Assembly (NCBI GenBank): GCA_002269645.1
Contig: NIVC01001249.1
Span: 162,654-226,653, forward strand
Length of the DNA: 64,000 nt
Direction of reading: 5' to 3'
Origin: Macrostomum lignano
Lineage: Eukaryota
Shown here piece after piece: positions 37,648-50,000 of this stretch. Made by a program: the position numbers and the translations under genes. How positions within the stretch are numbered: position 1 is the first letter of the stretch; each line of letters begins with the position of its first letter. Under the pieces are notes generated by a model that worked only from the letters and a program-made list of their open reading frames with translations, did no database searches and was not told the DNA's origin.

Positions 37648-38688
37648 CCTGACTCTTGTCACTCATGACTCTTGTCACTCATGACTCTTGTCTCTCCTGA
37701 CTCTTGTCATTCATGACTCTTGTCATTCCTGACTCTTGTCACTCTTGACTCTTGTCACTCATGACTCTCAAATCCTGACTCTTGTCACTCATGACTCTTG
37801 TCACTCCTGACTCTTGTCACTTCTGACTCTTTTCACTCCTGACTCTCGTCACTGCTGACTCTTGTCACTCCTGACTCTTTTCACTGCTGACTCTTTTCAC
37901 TTCTGACTCTTGTCACTCCTGACTCTTGTCACTCATGACTCTTCGCACTCCTGACTCTAGTCACCTCTGAATCTTGTCACTTCTGACTCTTTTCGCTCCT
38001 GACTCTTCTCACTTCTGACTCTTGTCACTCCTGACTCTTCGCACTCCTGACTCTCGTCACTGCTGAATCTTGTCACTTCTGACTCTTTTCGCTCCTGACT
38101 CTCGTCACTGCTGACTCTTGTCACTCCTGACTCTTTTCACTGCTGACTCTTTTCACTTCTGACTCTTGTCACTCCTGACTCTTGTCACTTCTGACTCTTG
38201 TCACTCCTGACTCTTGTCACTTCTGACTCTTGTCACTCCTGACTCTTCGCACTCCTGACTCTAGTCACTTCTGAATCTTGTCACTTCTGACTCTTTTCGC
38301 TCCTGACTCTCGTCACTGCTGACTCTTGTCACTTCTGACTCTTGTCACTCCTGACTCTTCGCACTCCTGACTCTAGTCACTTCTGAATCTTGTCACTTCT
38401 GACTCTTTTCGCTCCTGACTCTTCTCACTTCTGACTCTTGTCACTCCTGACTCTTCTCACTCCTGACTCTTCTGACTGTTCCTGCCTGTCTCAGTGTCTG
38501 CTTTATTCCTGTCTGTCTCAGTGTCTGCTTTGTTCCTGTCTGTCTCAGTGTCTGCTTTATTCCTGTCTGTCTCAGTGTCTGCTTTATTCCTGTCTGTCTC
38601 AGTGTCTGCTTTGTTCCTGTCTGTCTCAGTGTCTGCTTTGTTCCTGTCTGTCTCAGTGTCTGCTTTGTTCCTGTCTGTCTCAGTGTCT
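37648..38688. repeat. 16-bp minisatellite CTGACTCTTGTCACTC (to ~38470), then a 27-bp array CCTGTCTGTCTCAGTGTCTGCTTT(G/A)TT
   Basis: Directly visible. Confidence 0.93.
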
Positions 38689-39529
38689 TGGTGGGCCAGA
38701 GGCCGCCTACTCCGTGCTAAATAAAGGCACCTAAACCGGGGGTACGTTACCTAGGCACGGCCCACCACCCCCGCACCAACGCACAAGAGCCACGCCCCAC
38801 TGGATTAACACCCAACCACGCTACGCCCGGTCGGACAAGCAAATTCGCAAGCAAAGCACAATCGAACACCAAAAATACGAGCATTACGATGCAATAAATT
38901 GGTCTCAACAAAAATCTGACATCTACTTGAAGCACAAAACCAGTCACCAGCATAAACCGCCTCTCTGTCTTTGTATTTGAGTTATTGCACACCGCCCTAT
39001 AAATTTTCACTGAGCCTTGGAGAATACAAAGCCAAATATGCATACGCAAAATGAGGACAACTTTTCGTTATGAACTAGGGGAAACTCTTCAGCAATGTCG
39101 TTTAGGAAATTTGAAACTCAAGCAAGTTTGATGTTATCATTTTTAAACTAGACAAATCATCGCAAAAATTTCCAGGATTCTTTTTGAACATTTAGTACGT
39201 TAAACAGACAAAGAAACCAAAGCGTGAACTGAGACAAAATGCAAGTCTGGCAGAGCAAAAACTGAATTACAAACAGTTAACAACATAAATTATTAAAGCA
39301 ACACAATTTTTCCTGCTTCAGAATAAAATAAGGCGGCAGAGTATGAAATTTGAGGATACAGAGAATTTATGAGTAATAAAATACATCACTGCATAGATCA
39401 GCTGACTGCAGGCTTAAAATATATTTTTTAGGGCGTTGAACGAAAGAATCGAGTTCATATGTTGGTGACACGGGGTTGACACGACTCTCCGAGTCTCGAC
39501 GGATAGAGAGTTAACGGCCTGATAGGGAG

Positions 39530-39880
39530 CTGGAGTGTACATTGGGAGTAAGGAGGCTGACGGCTTAGGAAGGAGTGTGAATGTACATAGGGGGCAAGAG
39601 GATTGACGGCCCAGGAAGGACTGTGTGAATGTACATTGGGGGTAAGAGGGTTGACGGCCCAGGAAGGAGTGTGAATGTACATTGGGGGTAAGAGGGTTGA
39701 CGGCCCAGGAAGGAGTGTGAATGTACATTGGGGGTAAGAGGGTTGACGGCCCAGGAAGGAGTGTGTGAATGTACATTGGGGGTAAGAGGGTTGACGGCCC
39801 AGGAAGGAGTGTGAATGTACATTGGGGGTAAGAGAGTTTACGGCCCAGGAAGGAGTGTGATTGTTCATTGGGGGTAAGAG
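39530..39880. repeat. ~51-53-bp minisatellite GAATGTACATTGGGGGTAAGAGGGTTGACGGCCCAGGAAGGAGTGT
   Basis: About 6 units. Confidence 0.9.
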
Positions 39881-40097
39881 GATTGACCGTCAGGGCTGGG
39901 AAGATGGGTGAGCGCGAGCGTACATTGGGGCAAAGAGCATTTGCACTCTAAAAGGATAACAAATAATAAACGGTGCAAGGAACAACATGAAAAGATAGGC
40001 ACTACATGTATGAACTGGATAAAACAGAGACGAGTTGGAATTTAAAACTAGATTCTTTCGTTAAAAAACACGCGAATGAATGAATGAATGAATCTAT

Positions 40098-41202
40098 TTA
40101 GTTAATAATATTTCCGGCAATCTGTTGCGGCCCACCGCCGCTGCGTCCGTGCGCTTCAAAGCAACCCATCGGATAGGCGGCCACAGTGCTATTAACCAGA
40201 TTAACTAGCAGATCCAAGCAGCCTCTTAATCGAGTCTTGTGCTCGCTATGCAGCATTACAGTATAGCTAGTGTTGCGAAAGCTGGCGCACAATTCTAAGG
40301 CAGAACCGGCGCAGAGCACGGGCGGTCTGGCCGCCCCCAGTAGCTGTTCAACCACCACCGTACCGCTATTCGCTAGCACTATTCTAGTGCGCAATGATTT
40401 GCGATGAACCTCGTAACGAAAATCGATGCACACAGTCTGTTCGAGGCGGATTGGCCGGAGGGCCACGCGGGCGCAGCAATGGCACAGTTCGGAGATGCTG
40501 CCGCACCGACAGCTGCCAGCGTTCGCGTCAAAGTCGGGCTGGATTGACACCATATAGGCCTTGATAGGGTGGGTTGTCGGGTGGCGCATTGGTCACGAGT
40601 GAGGACCAGTTCTGAGGCAATTGTTGGGGAGCGGATTAGGGGCGATTCTTGGTGAGCGGAGTAGGGGCGATTCTTGGGGAGCGGAGTAGGGGCGATTCTT
40701 GTGGAGCTACTGACGGGCGATTATTGTGGAGCTACTTCAAGCCAGATTAGCATTCAATTTAACTGCTGTGTTAATTATTTACCAGCGTCTTGTGCGCAGT
40801 CTTCTGCAGTTCCATCATCTGCATTGTATCAGCCAGCAGTTCCGCTAGTCGGGCCTGAGACACATTGTAATTGAAAGCAAAATGTCTGGAAGCTGGTCCA
40901 ATTAAGACTTGACCAGCGCCAATCAATGATGAGGCATTGCCCTTTAAATTTCCCCGCAGTTTATTGTAGAAAGCTTTGGCATAGCCTAGACGAGAAGAAT
41001 CTGTATGACCATTACTATTGGCGGCGTCAAGATCAGAATTGATGCTGCTGCCATCACTGGCCCCAATCCATGCATAATGCAGCATTATTAATGCCATTGC
41101 GCAGAGCAGAATGCACAGCAGAAAGTTTTGCTTGCAACAGAAGAAATGCTTGCAGCAACGAAAGCTTAAGCGAGGCATTTCTTTGTTGTTTTGAAAGTTC
41201 AC
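40098..41202 (-). CDS. Probable DUF4773-like Cys-rich domain protein with N-terminal signal/anchor helix; tentative exons 41202-40783 and 40538-40098
   Basis: The downstream ORF has CRC...CHCC...C(IDFR)Y...RPPVLC...LELCASFRN...GCLDL...GCF, matching the DUF4773 Cys spacing as I recall it. The upstream ORF has hydrophobic NFLLCILLCAMALIMLHYAWIG and a phase-0 CTG|GTAAAT donor. The acceptor choice is uncertain. Confidence 0.55.
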
Positions 41203-43334
41203 TGATAATAGAATTTTTTGATATTTCAGCCAAAGAGAAAGTTCATCCAGCTGTAGATTGGGGTTGGAAAAAAATTAACAAAAAGTAGCATTTAACATAC
41301 AAAAATAAATCAATCAATATATTAAACCTCCCTTTTGCAACTTTTGCATGCTTTATTAGAGTAGAATAACACAGGCATAAAAATGGTAGTAAGAAGCTTA
41401 ATTAAAATATCAATTGGATATATATATTACAGTGTTTAGTCTAACTCATTACTCAAGGTTATATTAAGACATAAAATAAAGAGATTTCAATGTTAGTTTT
41501 ATACCTAAAACAAGACCTAATCTTTAGTATTAATTTTATAATATCTTATGTGACAAGATCTAGATTATTAAAAGTTATCAAAACTTGAACTGAATATCTA
41601 GAATTTTTTAACCTTTAAATACTTTATATGAGCAATAGCATATAATCTATATACTATACTAAAAATTGTTCGTCTGTCCATATGTGATTGATTGGTAATC
41701 AGCCTTAAGACTAGTGCTTACTTCCATGTTAATCATTTTAGTAATAAGTAAAAACATAGGAATAGTCTCAATTTGGGAGAATTAACCATCCTAGAATAAA
41801 AACATCTATATTTAGAATCTAAGAACTTGTCTTAAAGCAGAAACAGAATATCTACTAGAATATAAACTATGACCTTCTAATCCTAAAAATGCCTAGACTA
41901 AGAAAGAAACCCTCAATAGGAGCAAACATAAGAGATTGAACTTGAGAATACTTTTAGAAATAGAATAAGTATAGTGCCATAAGACTGCTTAGGCCAATAA
42001 TACAAAATATGCTACTGATACACTATTAGTATATAGTAATAGTATTAAAAGTACATTAGAATCTTTTATCAAGGATAAATAAAAAGAAAAAAGCAAACCC
42101 CTATGACAATTTTATGATAGCTATGAGATTATTTTTAGAAGCTAAAACTAATACCCCTACTAAAACTAGTCAATGGTCTTTTTGTCCTTAAACTGTTTTG
42201 GCCATGGACATTTAATCCCCCAGACCATTTTGCCTATAGCCCATTTTGACAACTATTAATAAGTGACAGAAATGGAATATTTAAAGACAATAAATAGCCT
42301 TATTATGTTATAATATATATATTTATCTATCTATTTACCAGTGTCAAGGCAATAATGTTTACAAGGCAAGAATGTTATTATAAATATACTTGATTCAACA
42401 ACCAAAAAAACATTTCAATTGTTAGTATTTACAACCTTGGCTTGGCTTGGCTTAGGTTTTTATATAATAGGGATAGTATATAATAATAGGCAGTGCTTAT
42501 TCCTATAGTTATTCCTATATGCTAATAATAATATATCTACATGGTGCCATGCCGATATGATTCTGAGCTACTTATTGGCATAATAGTTAAATTATAGGCA
42601 ATGGCTAGAGCTCTGGCACTGGATATTGTTTTCTAGTAGCTATGGATCTAGCAGTGCATTCTGCAAGTAGTTATCTACTAATGAAGTCTGAATATAAAAT
42701 TAGGCCTATCTTGTTTTGATTCTTATTATATTGTCTTGATCTCAATTTGAAGCAAATCTCAATATCTAGGCTGGGCTCACTATCCAATAAAAAGTATAAA
42801 TAGTATTATGCTTCTACTAGGCCTATAATATCCATAAATTATATAATTATAAGAATACTATTGTCAGATTCATATCCATTAGAAAATGGGTTCTAGGGGT
42901 TCTAGTGCTAGAGCTCTAGCCATTGCCTAAATTAGAATACCTATACTATAGTATATGAGCCTAATACTCTTAGCATATGTTATGCCTAACTATTTAAATG
43001 CAGAGTAGGTACAATCATCTCCCTATCCAAGACAAGGTCACATACTTTGACATGATTATAGATAGATATATAGTGTATACTTTTGTCAAGTTTTGCTTAA
43101 AGTCCATAAAATGGGTAGTCTGGTCTGTAAATTAGCAAATATCAAAATGGCATTAGTCTAGGTCCAAGTCTAAGTCCATAAATTAGTTATACTGGAGAAT
43201 TTGCCACAATGGCCTAACATTGTCACCAAAATGTTTTGTTGCCAAAGTGTCTACTATTGAAATGTCTTGTTGCTGAAATAATTGGTAGCCTATATATATT
43301 ATACTTAGTACAATATATATAATAGACTCCATAG

Positions 43335-43900
43335 CTATATATATATATATATATCATAACAGCTTATAACTTTTTACTTAAGATATCTCTACATAAAAAA
43401 ATCAAAACTCTGTGTATATGTGTGTGTGTATATGTCTATCTATCTATGGACGATTTTGTTCACTATGGACTCCCAAACTGCTCAACCAAATTATACTAAA
43501 TTTTGCAAGCACCCTAAACTCACTATGGAGAATATCTTAGGCTACCCTGCTCAAAATGTGTGATTTGTTTCACTAAATTCTCTATAGCACTGCTTCACTT
43601 TTACCAATCATCTTCAAATTTGACACAATCAATCTTCAACTATTTTGACATAATTATGTAAAATTTTGAGTCTTAAATTTAATTCTGAATGACAGTGTGC
43701 ACTTTTAAAGTTAGGCTGCTTTTTCAGCATGGCAGCCAACCCAACCTCTGCCCACCTGCCTCTCCTGATCTGGGCAAAGGGTGCAAATAGGTTTTAAAAT
43801 GACTAACTTTCAGCTGCCATAAGTTTGCTCCACATGAAGTGATTGACTTCAAATTTGACACAATTTTTTGTTGACCCATTCTCTGTCTAAATGTAAAGTC
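43335..43900. mobile_element. Decayed non-autonomous Helitron/Helentron (HINE-like) fragment
   Basis: (TA)n/(TG)n/TCTA microsatellite followed by CTATGGACTCCCAAACTGCTCAACCAAATTAT..AAATTTTGC..TTAGGCTA, resembling the AACCGATTTT..GAAATTTGG core of HINE/Lep1-type elements (from memory). A similar TCTATATACTATACTAAAA start lies at ~41647. Confidence 0.4.
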
Positions 43901-46359
43901 TCATCTCTGTATCTCAATCAGGACAGAAACTATAAGCATGTGAAGTTTGTCTGCTTTTTTGTTATTTTTGCCACTCACTTATTCATTCCCCCAGAGCCAG
44001 ACCAAGGGTTAGGCGATAGGGCTGAATGTACATGGCAATGTACAGTGTTTTGGAATAGCTTTGTTTATAGCCTTCTCTGCTGATCTGCACCCCTATCAAG
44101 AGGCTACATTTAGCCATTGCAGTAAATTAAATTGCACATTGCAGTAAAAAATTCAAACCCAAAACATAGTAGGCCTACAAAAGTGTGCTGGATTCAGGAA
44201 AATTTATAAACTTTTTTAGCAGAGTAAAGGCCAAAGTCGAAAGCTATGAATACAGCATACAATGCAAGTGTTCAAGTATGCAAGCATGATAAGAAGGAAT
44301 TAAATCAAAGGCTATGCTAGATTGATAATATTCTTTCAAGAGGCTCTTCATATTGCTTGTTCTGGTTCTAGAACCAGAACCAATTTGTAAAGTATAACTT
44401 TTTGTCTCCTTAACTAGAGGGATATACTTGCTATAACTATAAACTCTTAATTATTGAATGAAAATCGCCAAGAAGAAAATGAAAAATTATGCAAAGTGAG
44501 GCTGTTAAGGCAGTCGAATATTAACAGAGTTAAATAATTATACTGCTGTTTTTCTTGGAAGATCCGAAATGATTCTGGTTCTGGAATTGGTAATGTGAAA
44601 AGGCTGTGAAGAATGTAAAGACGCACTGCTCTATTAAGCCTCCAAAAAATCATTGAAATTCGAATTTCGAACAGATAACCACTTGTACACAAATTATGCA
44701 TTGAAAATATACAATTTAGGAAGACTAAACGTAATATTTAAAACTTTAAAGAGACATGGGAGGTCCAAAACACTATTATCGATTTCTTAAAGAAAGAAAA
44801 ATAATGCGCTGCATTGTTTTACTTATTATTTCATTTCACCCTAACTATTTAAATTTAAATTAGGATTGCGCTGTAGTTTTGAATAAAAAAAAATTTAGTG
44901 AATTCTCAGATTTTTTAATTTCTTAGAAGAGTACACTCAGTTTAGCAACATCTGTAAGTCGATGTAACATATTAGCGGAAGTCGAGGTCCCATCTATTGA
45001 GCAATCTCTTAGCACAAAATAGTATATTGCAATATTTGTTGTATAGGCCTATTTCATTTCTATTCTGAAAGCCAATTTTGGCCAATTTTGGCCATTAGGC
45101 CAGGGCAGACCTCTCACTTGAGGACTGCTTACTGTTACTTATACCATGACTACAGTAAGGACATTATTTTTGTAATAAAACCAGACAACAGATGACTTTA
45201 TACAAAAGCTCTTTATTCTAGGCCTACTAATATGGTATCCACGCTTTTCGGTGCCTGTGCAGCCTGTGCTTTTTGGTGCCCGGCATTTCGGTGCCCCAGC
45301 TTGCTTTTCGGTGCCCAAATTATACATTGAAATTGGACACAAGAATATAGAAATTGAGCCCTTATAATTTGGCAGTGAGTGCTTTGTCTTTGCAGTACTT
45401 ACTTACTTTAAAAAACAAGGTATTATTCATTTTGTTAAGCTGACCTGGTGTTTTAATTCAAAAAATGGTTTTTAAAATTACTCAATTCGATTTACTTCAT
45501 GTCGCTTGCGGCATCTCATCCACGTCAAAATCAAAATTTTAAACTAATGCCCCAAATGTGCTTATAATAAAATCTTATAGATTATGGTCCAATCATTTCA
45601 GCTCATCAAATAATACACACTTCATTTCCTAGGCAGTTTTATGAAACAAAATATGATCGTCGCATGTGATTCAAAAAATAATTAAATGTGTTAAACTTGA
45701 GGATTATCCAAATTTTAATGCATTGATAAAATGATTTACTTTTTCTATTCACTAAAAATGTTAAGTCTCTCGATCTATCTATATATATATATGCAATATA
45801 GCTTAACCAATTTTTCTGAGATTTGCACTGTTCAATTAGAAATTTTCCCGAGACTGTGCATGTGTCTTGGCCAAAAATTTGATCAATGCTAAAGGCATCA
45901 AATATTCAAAAAACATGCTTTTTTGCAAAGGACAAGTAAACTTTTTTACTTGAAATGCATTGTAAGAATGCTAGAAAAAAAACTCACTGGTTGAATTCTG
46001 ATTCTGAAATAGATTGCATCATAACTGAATCGTAACTCTGACTTGAATTGAAAATACAGTGTAGAAGTGTAGCACCAGACTTTATTTAGATTGTGTAAAC
46101 ATATTATTAATTGATACTGATTGAGAAATTTATAAGGCTTATATCATAATTGCTTTGTGTGATTTATTCTATGTTTGGAGTTTGAAGTATTGAATTATAT
46201 AAGTGCTAAATTTCATGCTATCAAAATGATGAGAGCTAGCCTAGAGGTGAATAGACTTGAACTGCTAAATGTAGCAACAATGGTTCCAATGTTCATAGAA
46301 TAGAATTTTTTAATTAAAACTTTTGAATATCAGGAAAACTAAAAGACTTTTTAAAAAAA

Positions 46360-46775
46360 AGCATCGTATAAAGAATCAAAAGCATCATATAAAAATCATA
46401 GAAGTTAAGTGTCATGTAAAAAATTATAAAAGCGTTATATACACAATCATAGAAGTATCATATAAACAATCATAGAAGCGTCATCTAAAAAATGATAAAA
46501 GCATCATGTAAAGAATCATAGAAGCATCATATAAAAAATCATAAAAGTCAAAAAGTGCCATGTAAAGAATCATAGAAGTGTCATGTAAAAAGTCATAGAA
46601 GTGTCATGTAAACAATCATAGAAGTATCAGGTACACAATCATAGAAGCTTCATATATAAACAATCATAGAAGCGTTATATAAAAAATCATAGAAGCATCA
46701 TGTAAAAAGTCATAGAAGTGTCATGTAAAAAATCATAGAAGCATCATGTAAAAAATCATAGAAATGTCATGTAAA
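46360..46775. repeat. Degenerate ~23-bp minisatellite AAAATCATAGAAG(CG/CA/TG/TA)TC(A/G)TGTAA
   Basis: Directly visible. Confidence 0.85.
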
Positions 46776-47849
46776 AAAGAGGGGAATAGCTGAGATGTCA
46801 AGACTTGCAAGGGGAATAGCTGAGATGTCAAGACTTGCAAGGGGAATAGTTGAGATGTCAAGACTCACAAGGGATTGCTGAGGTTATTGCAAAGAGAAAC
46901 TGTAGTTTAAACATGTAGTTTATTCAAAAGTAGAATAAAGCCTTGACAAAAGAAGTATCATGTCAGACATAAAAGAAGTGTCGTATAAAAAATGTCACAT
47001 GAAACTGTGTGCTATGACTCTTGGGTGGAATTACTATTGATGTCAAAGCTTATGGGGGAATAGCTGAGATGTCAAGGCTCATAGGGAAATAACTAAGATG
47101 TAAAGGCTAAAGTCAGAAGTGACATATAGTTTATTCAAAACTTTCTATTATATTATTTGTTGGCTCCTCATAGGGGTGTTGCTGATAGAAAAAGTGTCAT
47201 GTAAAAAATAAAAAAGAGTCATGTTGAAGTTAAGAGATTCATTTGGGAATCCCTACAATGTCAAGGCTTACAGGGAATTGCTATAATGCTGTAGTGCCGC
47301 ATACATGCGCAACTTCTGAAATTACGCTGGCCATGCAACTTAGTTTTCGATAAAAAATGCGACTTACCTATGAAAGAGCCAAGCAAAAACTTTAGGTAAA
47401 CGGCAGGAGTAACTATGACCATATTTTTAAAGCTAAATGCCTCGCCAGCTAATTAGTGCTGCGTGCGGATTCCGCGTTTTTATAACAGCTAATCAGTATG
47501 TCATCTAGTGGCGGCATGAAGCAATTAGTAAATTGTCAGTACAGTGTAGTGAGCATACTACAAGTCATGATTCATGAATGTCCAGAAGTAAGTGAAGTGA
47601 ATACAGTGTGACCTATAGCTCAAGAACGATTTGCTAGACGATTTGGCATGGAAGATGAGATACAAGCTGTGAAAACCCACAGATTTTTAAACCACTGAAT
47701 TCTAATTCCCGGAACTATTTTTGCATAGATTCTAAATTTGAAGTCATGCTCAAACAAAAACTTGTTAACAGTTAGGAAAAAGGCAAAGATGGGAGTAATG
47801 CATGTTAAACTAAGATTTGAGCCTTTGCAAATTCTCTCCATTCCTCAAT

Positions 47850-48480
47850 CTTCTCATCCTCTTTTTCTTTTCTCTCTCATCCCTTATCCCTTCTCTCTTT
47901 CCTCTCCTCTCCTATCTCTTCTGTCTCCTCTCTACATTCTTATCTCTCCTCTCGTCTCTCTCCATTCCACTCTACTCTCTCATCTTATCTTCCCTCTCGT
48001 CTCTCTCCACTCTACTCTTTCATCTTATCTCTCCTCTCTTTTCTACTCTCTCATCTCTCCTCTCTTCACTCTCCTCTCATCTCCTCTTTATCCTCTCTTC
48101 TCTCATCTACTCTCTCCTCTTTCCTCTTTCCTCTCTTCTGATCTCATCCATCATCTTTTCTTTCCTCTTTCCTCTAATCTCCTCTTCTCTCTCATCTCTT
48201 TTTCCTCCCTCAGCTTTTCTCTCCTCTTCTATCTTTTCTCCCATCGTATCGCTCGCCTCTCTGTTTGCTTATCTCTAATCTTCTATTCCCTCTACTTTGA
48301 AGTAAGAAAATATGCACATATTTTTGCTGAAGATAAGAGGAGAGAAGAGGGCATTGAGGAGAAAGGGTAGAGAGAAAGGGGAGAAGAGAGGAGAGTAAAA
48401 ATGAGAGGAGAGAGAAGAGGGAAAAGGGGGGAGAGAGAGAAGAGGGGAGGCAAGGTAGAGAAGAAGAGAGAGATGAGAGT
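47850..48480. repeat. Low-complexity CT-rich tract followed by a GA-rich tract
   Basis: Composition visible; no clean period. Confidence 0.75.
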
Positions 48481-48529
48481 TGAAGAGACACCAACCTTGC
48501 TAGTTAGGAAGTTTCAAAGAACCCGAGGG

Positions 48530-48578
48530 GCGAGGGCCAGATAGAGGGGCTTCGCGAGCCGGAGTTTGCCAACCCCTG
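48530..48578. mobile_element. Isolated hAT-type terminal inverted repeat (right end, ...GAGTTTGCCAACCCCTG)
   Basis: The reverse complement CAGGGGTTGGCAAAC resembles common hAT MITE termini; no partner end found. Confidence 0.3.
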
Positions 48579-48744
48579 CTCCAGAGTTTAAGAAATCAAT
48601 GGGAAACTGTTGACGCGGGCTTCTGATTTCAAAGATCTTGTCTGTGGTTGAAGGCTTCTATTCTGTTTTTGCTCTCCTGCCACACTTGCACCTACTACCC
48701 CTTGATTGCCTCTGATTGTGACTTACTTCCCTCTTATTGCGACT

Positions 48745-49200
48745 TAGTTGCTTCTTTTTGCGACTTACCTAATCCTTTTTGCGACTTACCTAATCCTTTT
48801 TGCAACTTACCTAATCCTTTTTGCGACTTACCTAATCCTTTTGCGACTTACCTAATCCTTTTTGCGACTTACTTAATCCTTTTTGCAACTTACTTAATCC
48901 TTTTGCGACTTAGCTGATCCTTTTGCAACTTACCTGATTCTTTTTGCGACTTACCTAATCCTTTTTGCAACTTACCTAATCCTTTTTGCGACTTACCTAA
49001 TCCTTTTGCGACTTAGCTGATCCTTTTGCAACTTACCTAATCCTTTTTGCGACTTACCTAACCCTTTTGCAACTTACCTGATTCCTGTTGCGACTTACCT
49101 GATCCTTTTTGCGACTTAGTTTGCTTCTTTTGCGACTTACCTGATCCTTTTTGTGACTTACCTGATTATTTTTACAACTTAGTTTGCTTCTTTTGCGAAT
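48745..49200. repeat. 22-23-bp minisatellite TTTTGCGACTTACCTAATCC(T)
   Basis: Directly visible. Confidence 0.9.
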
Positions 49201-49740
49201 TGTTTTTCTTTTGCTTCACCATTTTCCCTGAACTGCTCTTTCTTTTGCTTTCCTCTTGTCTTTCTTGGTTCTTGTGTTTTTCTGTTTTTGGTTGACTCAA
49301 TTTTGCGACTTACCCCTGGTCAGCCACGATTTACGGTGGCCGGATCGGCCAGGTCGGCCAGCAGTTGCGCATGTATGTGTAGTGGTATAATAATTCTTTG
49401 GAAGAATTACTGAACTGTCAATGCTTTAGGGTTAAGGTTAGGGTTAGGATTAGAAGGTTGATTGATAGATTTTTTAAGATTTCAAGGCTTATAGGGGGTA
49501 TCGCTAAGATGTCAAGAGGGGAACTTGATATGTTAAGGCTTGTGGGTAGTGGTGTGATTGAGGCGTGAAAAAGGCGCGAATACGCGATTTCTGAGGGCAG
49601 GCGCGAATTTTTGTCAAACAGAGGTGCGATTTTTCAATTTTTGGATTTTCATTTTTTACTGATCAACTAACTGGTCACGTTTAGTCTAACCACGCACGCT
49701 TTATTCAAATTTAAACTTTATGTTATGGTGTACAATACAT

Positions 49741-50000
49741 GCAAATCTGGATCTGGAGCAGCAGCTGAAAATGAAAGAAGACAAGATCCAGTCAAAATGG
49801 AAGCAGACTGAAGAGAGCTCCAACAACTGCTGCTGGAGCTGACTCGTAACAAGGAGAAGGATCAAGAGTTGGAATAGCTTCGACAGGAGAAATGCAAGCT
49901 CCAACAGAAGAAATTGAAGGAAGCTGAAAGAATTGCTGAGCAAGTGCTGAAATGGAAGGCTGTTGAGCAGGAAGTTAGGAATAGCCATTGCCTGCCCTAG
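49741..50000 (+). pseudogene. Degenerate coiled-coil coding remnant
   Basis: ANLDLEQQLKMKEDKIQSKWKQTE / -1 shift at ~49813 / ELQQLLLELTRNKEKDQELE*LRQEKCKLQQKKLKEAERIAEQVLKWKAVEQEVR; E/K/Q/L heptad-like composition inside AT-rich DNA. Confidence 0.45.

Noticed and set aside
47502-47514. CTCF-like CATCTAGTGGCGG motif
   Set aside because: A single short partial match is not distinguishable from chance.
49426-49453. Interstitial telomere or chromosome-fusion scar
   Set aside because: Only 4-5 degenerate TTAGGG-like units in one orientation; common inside repeats.
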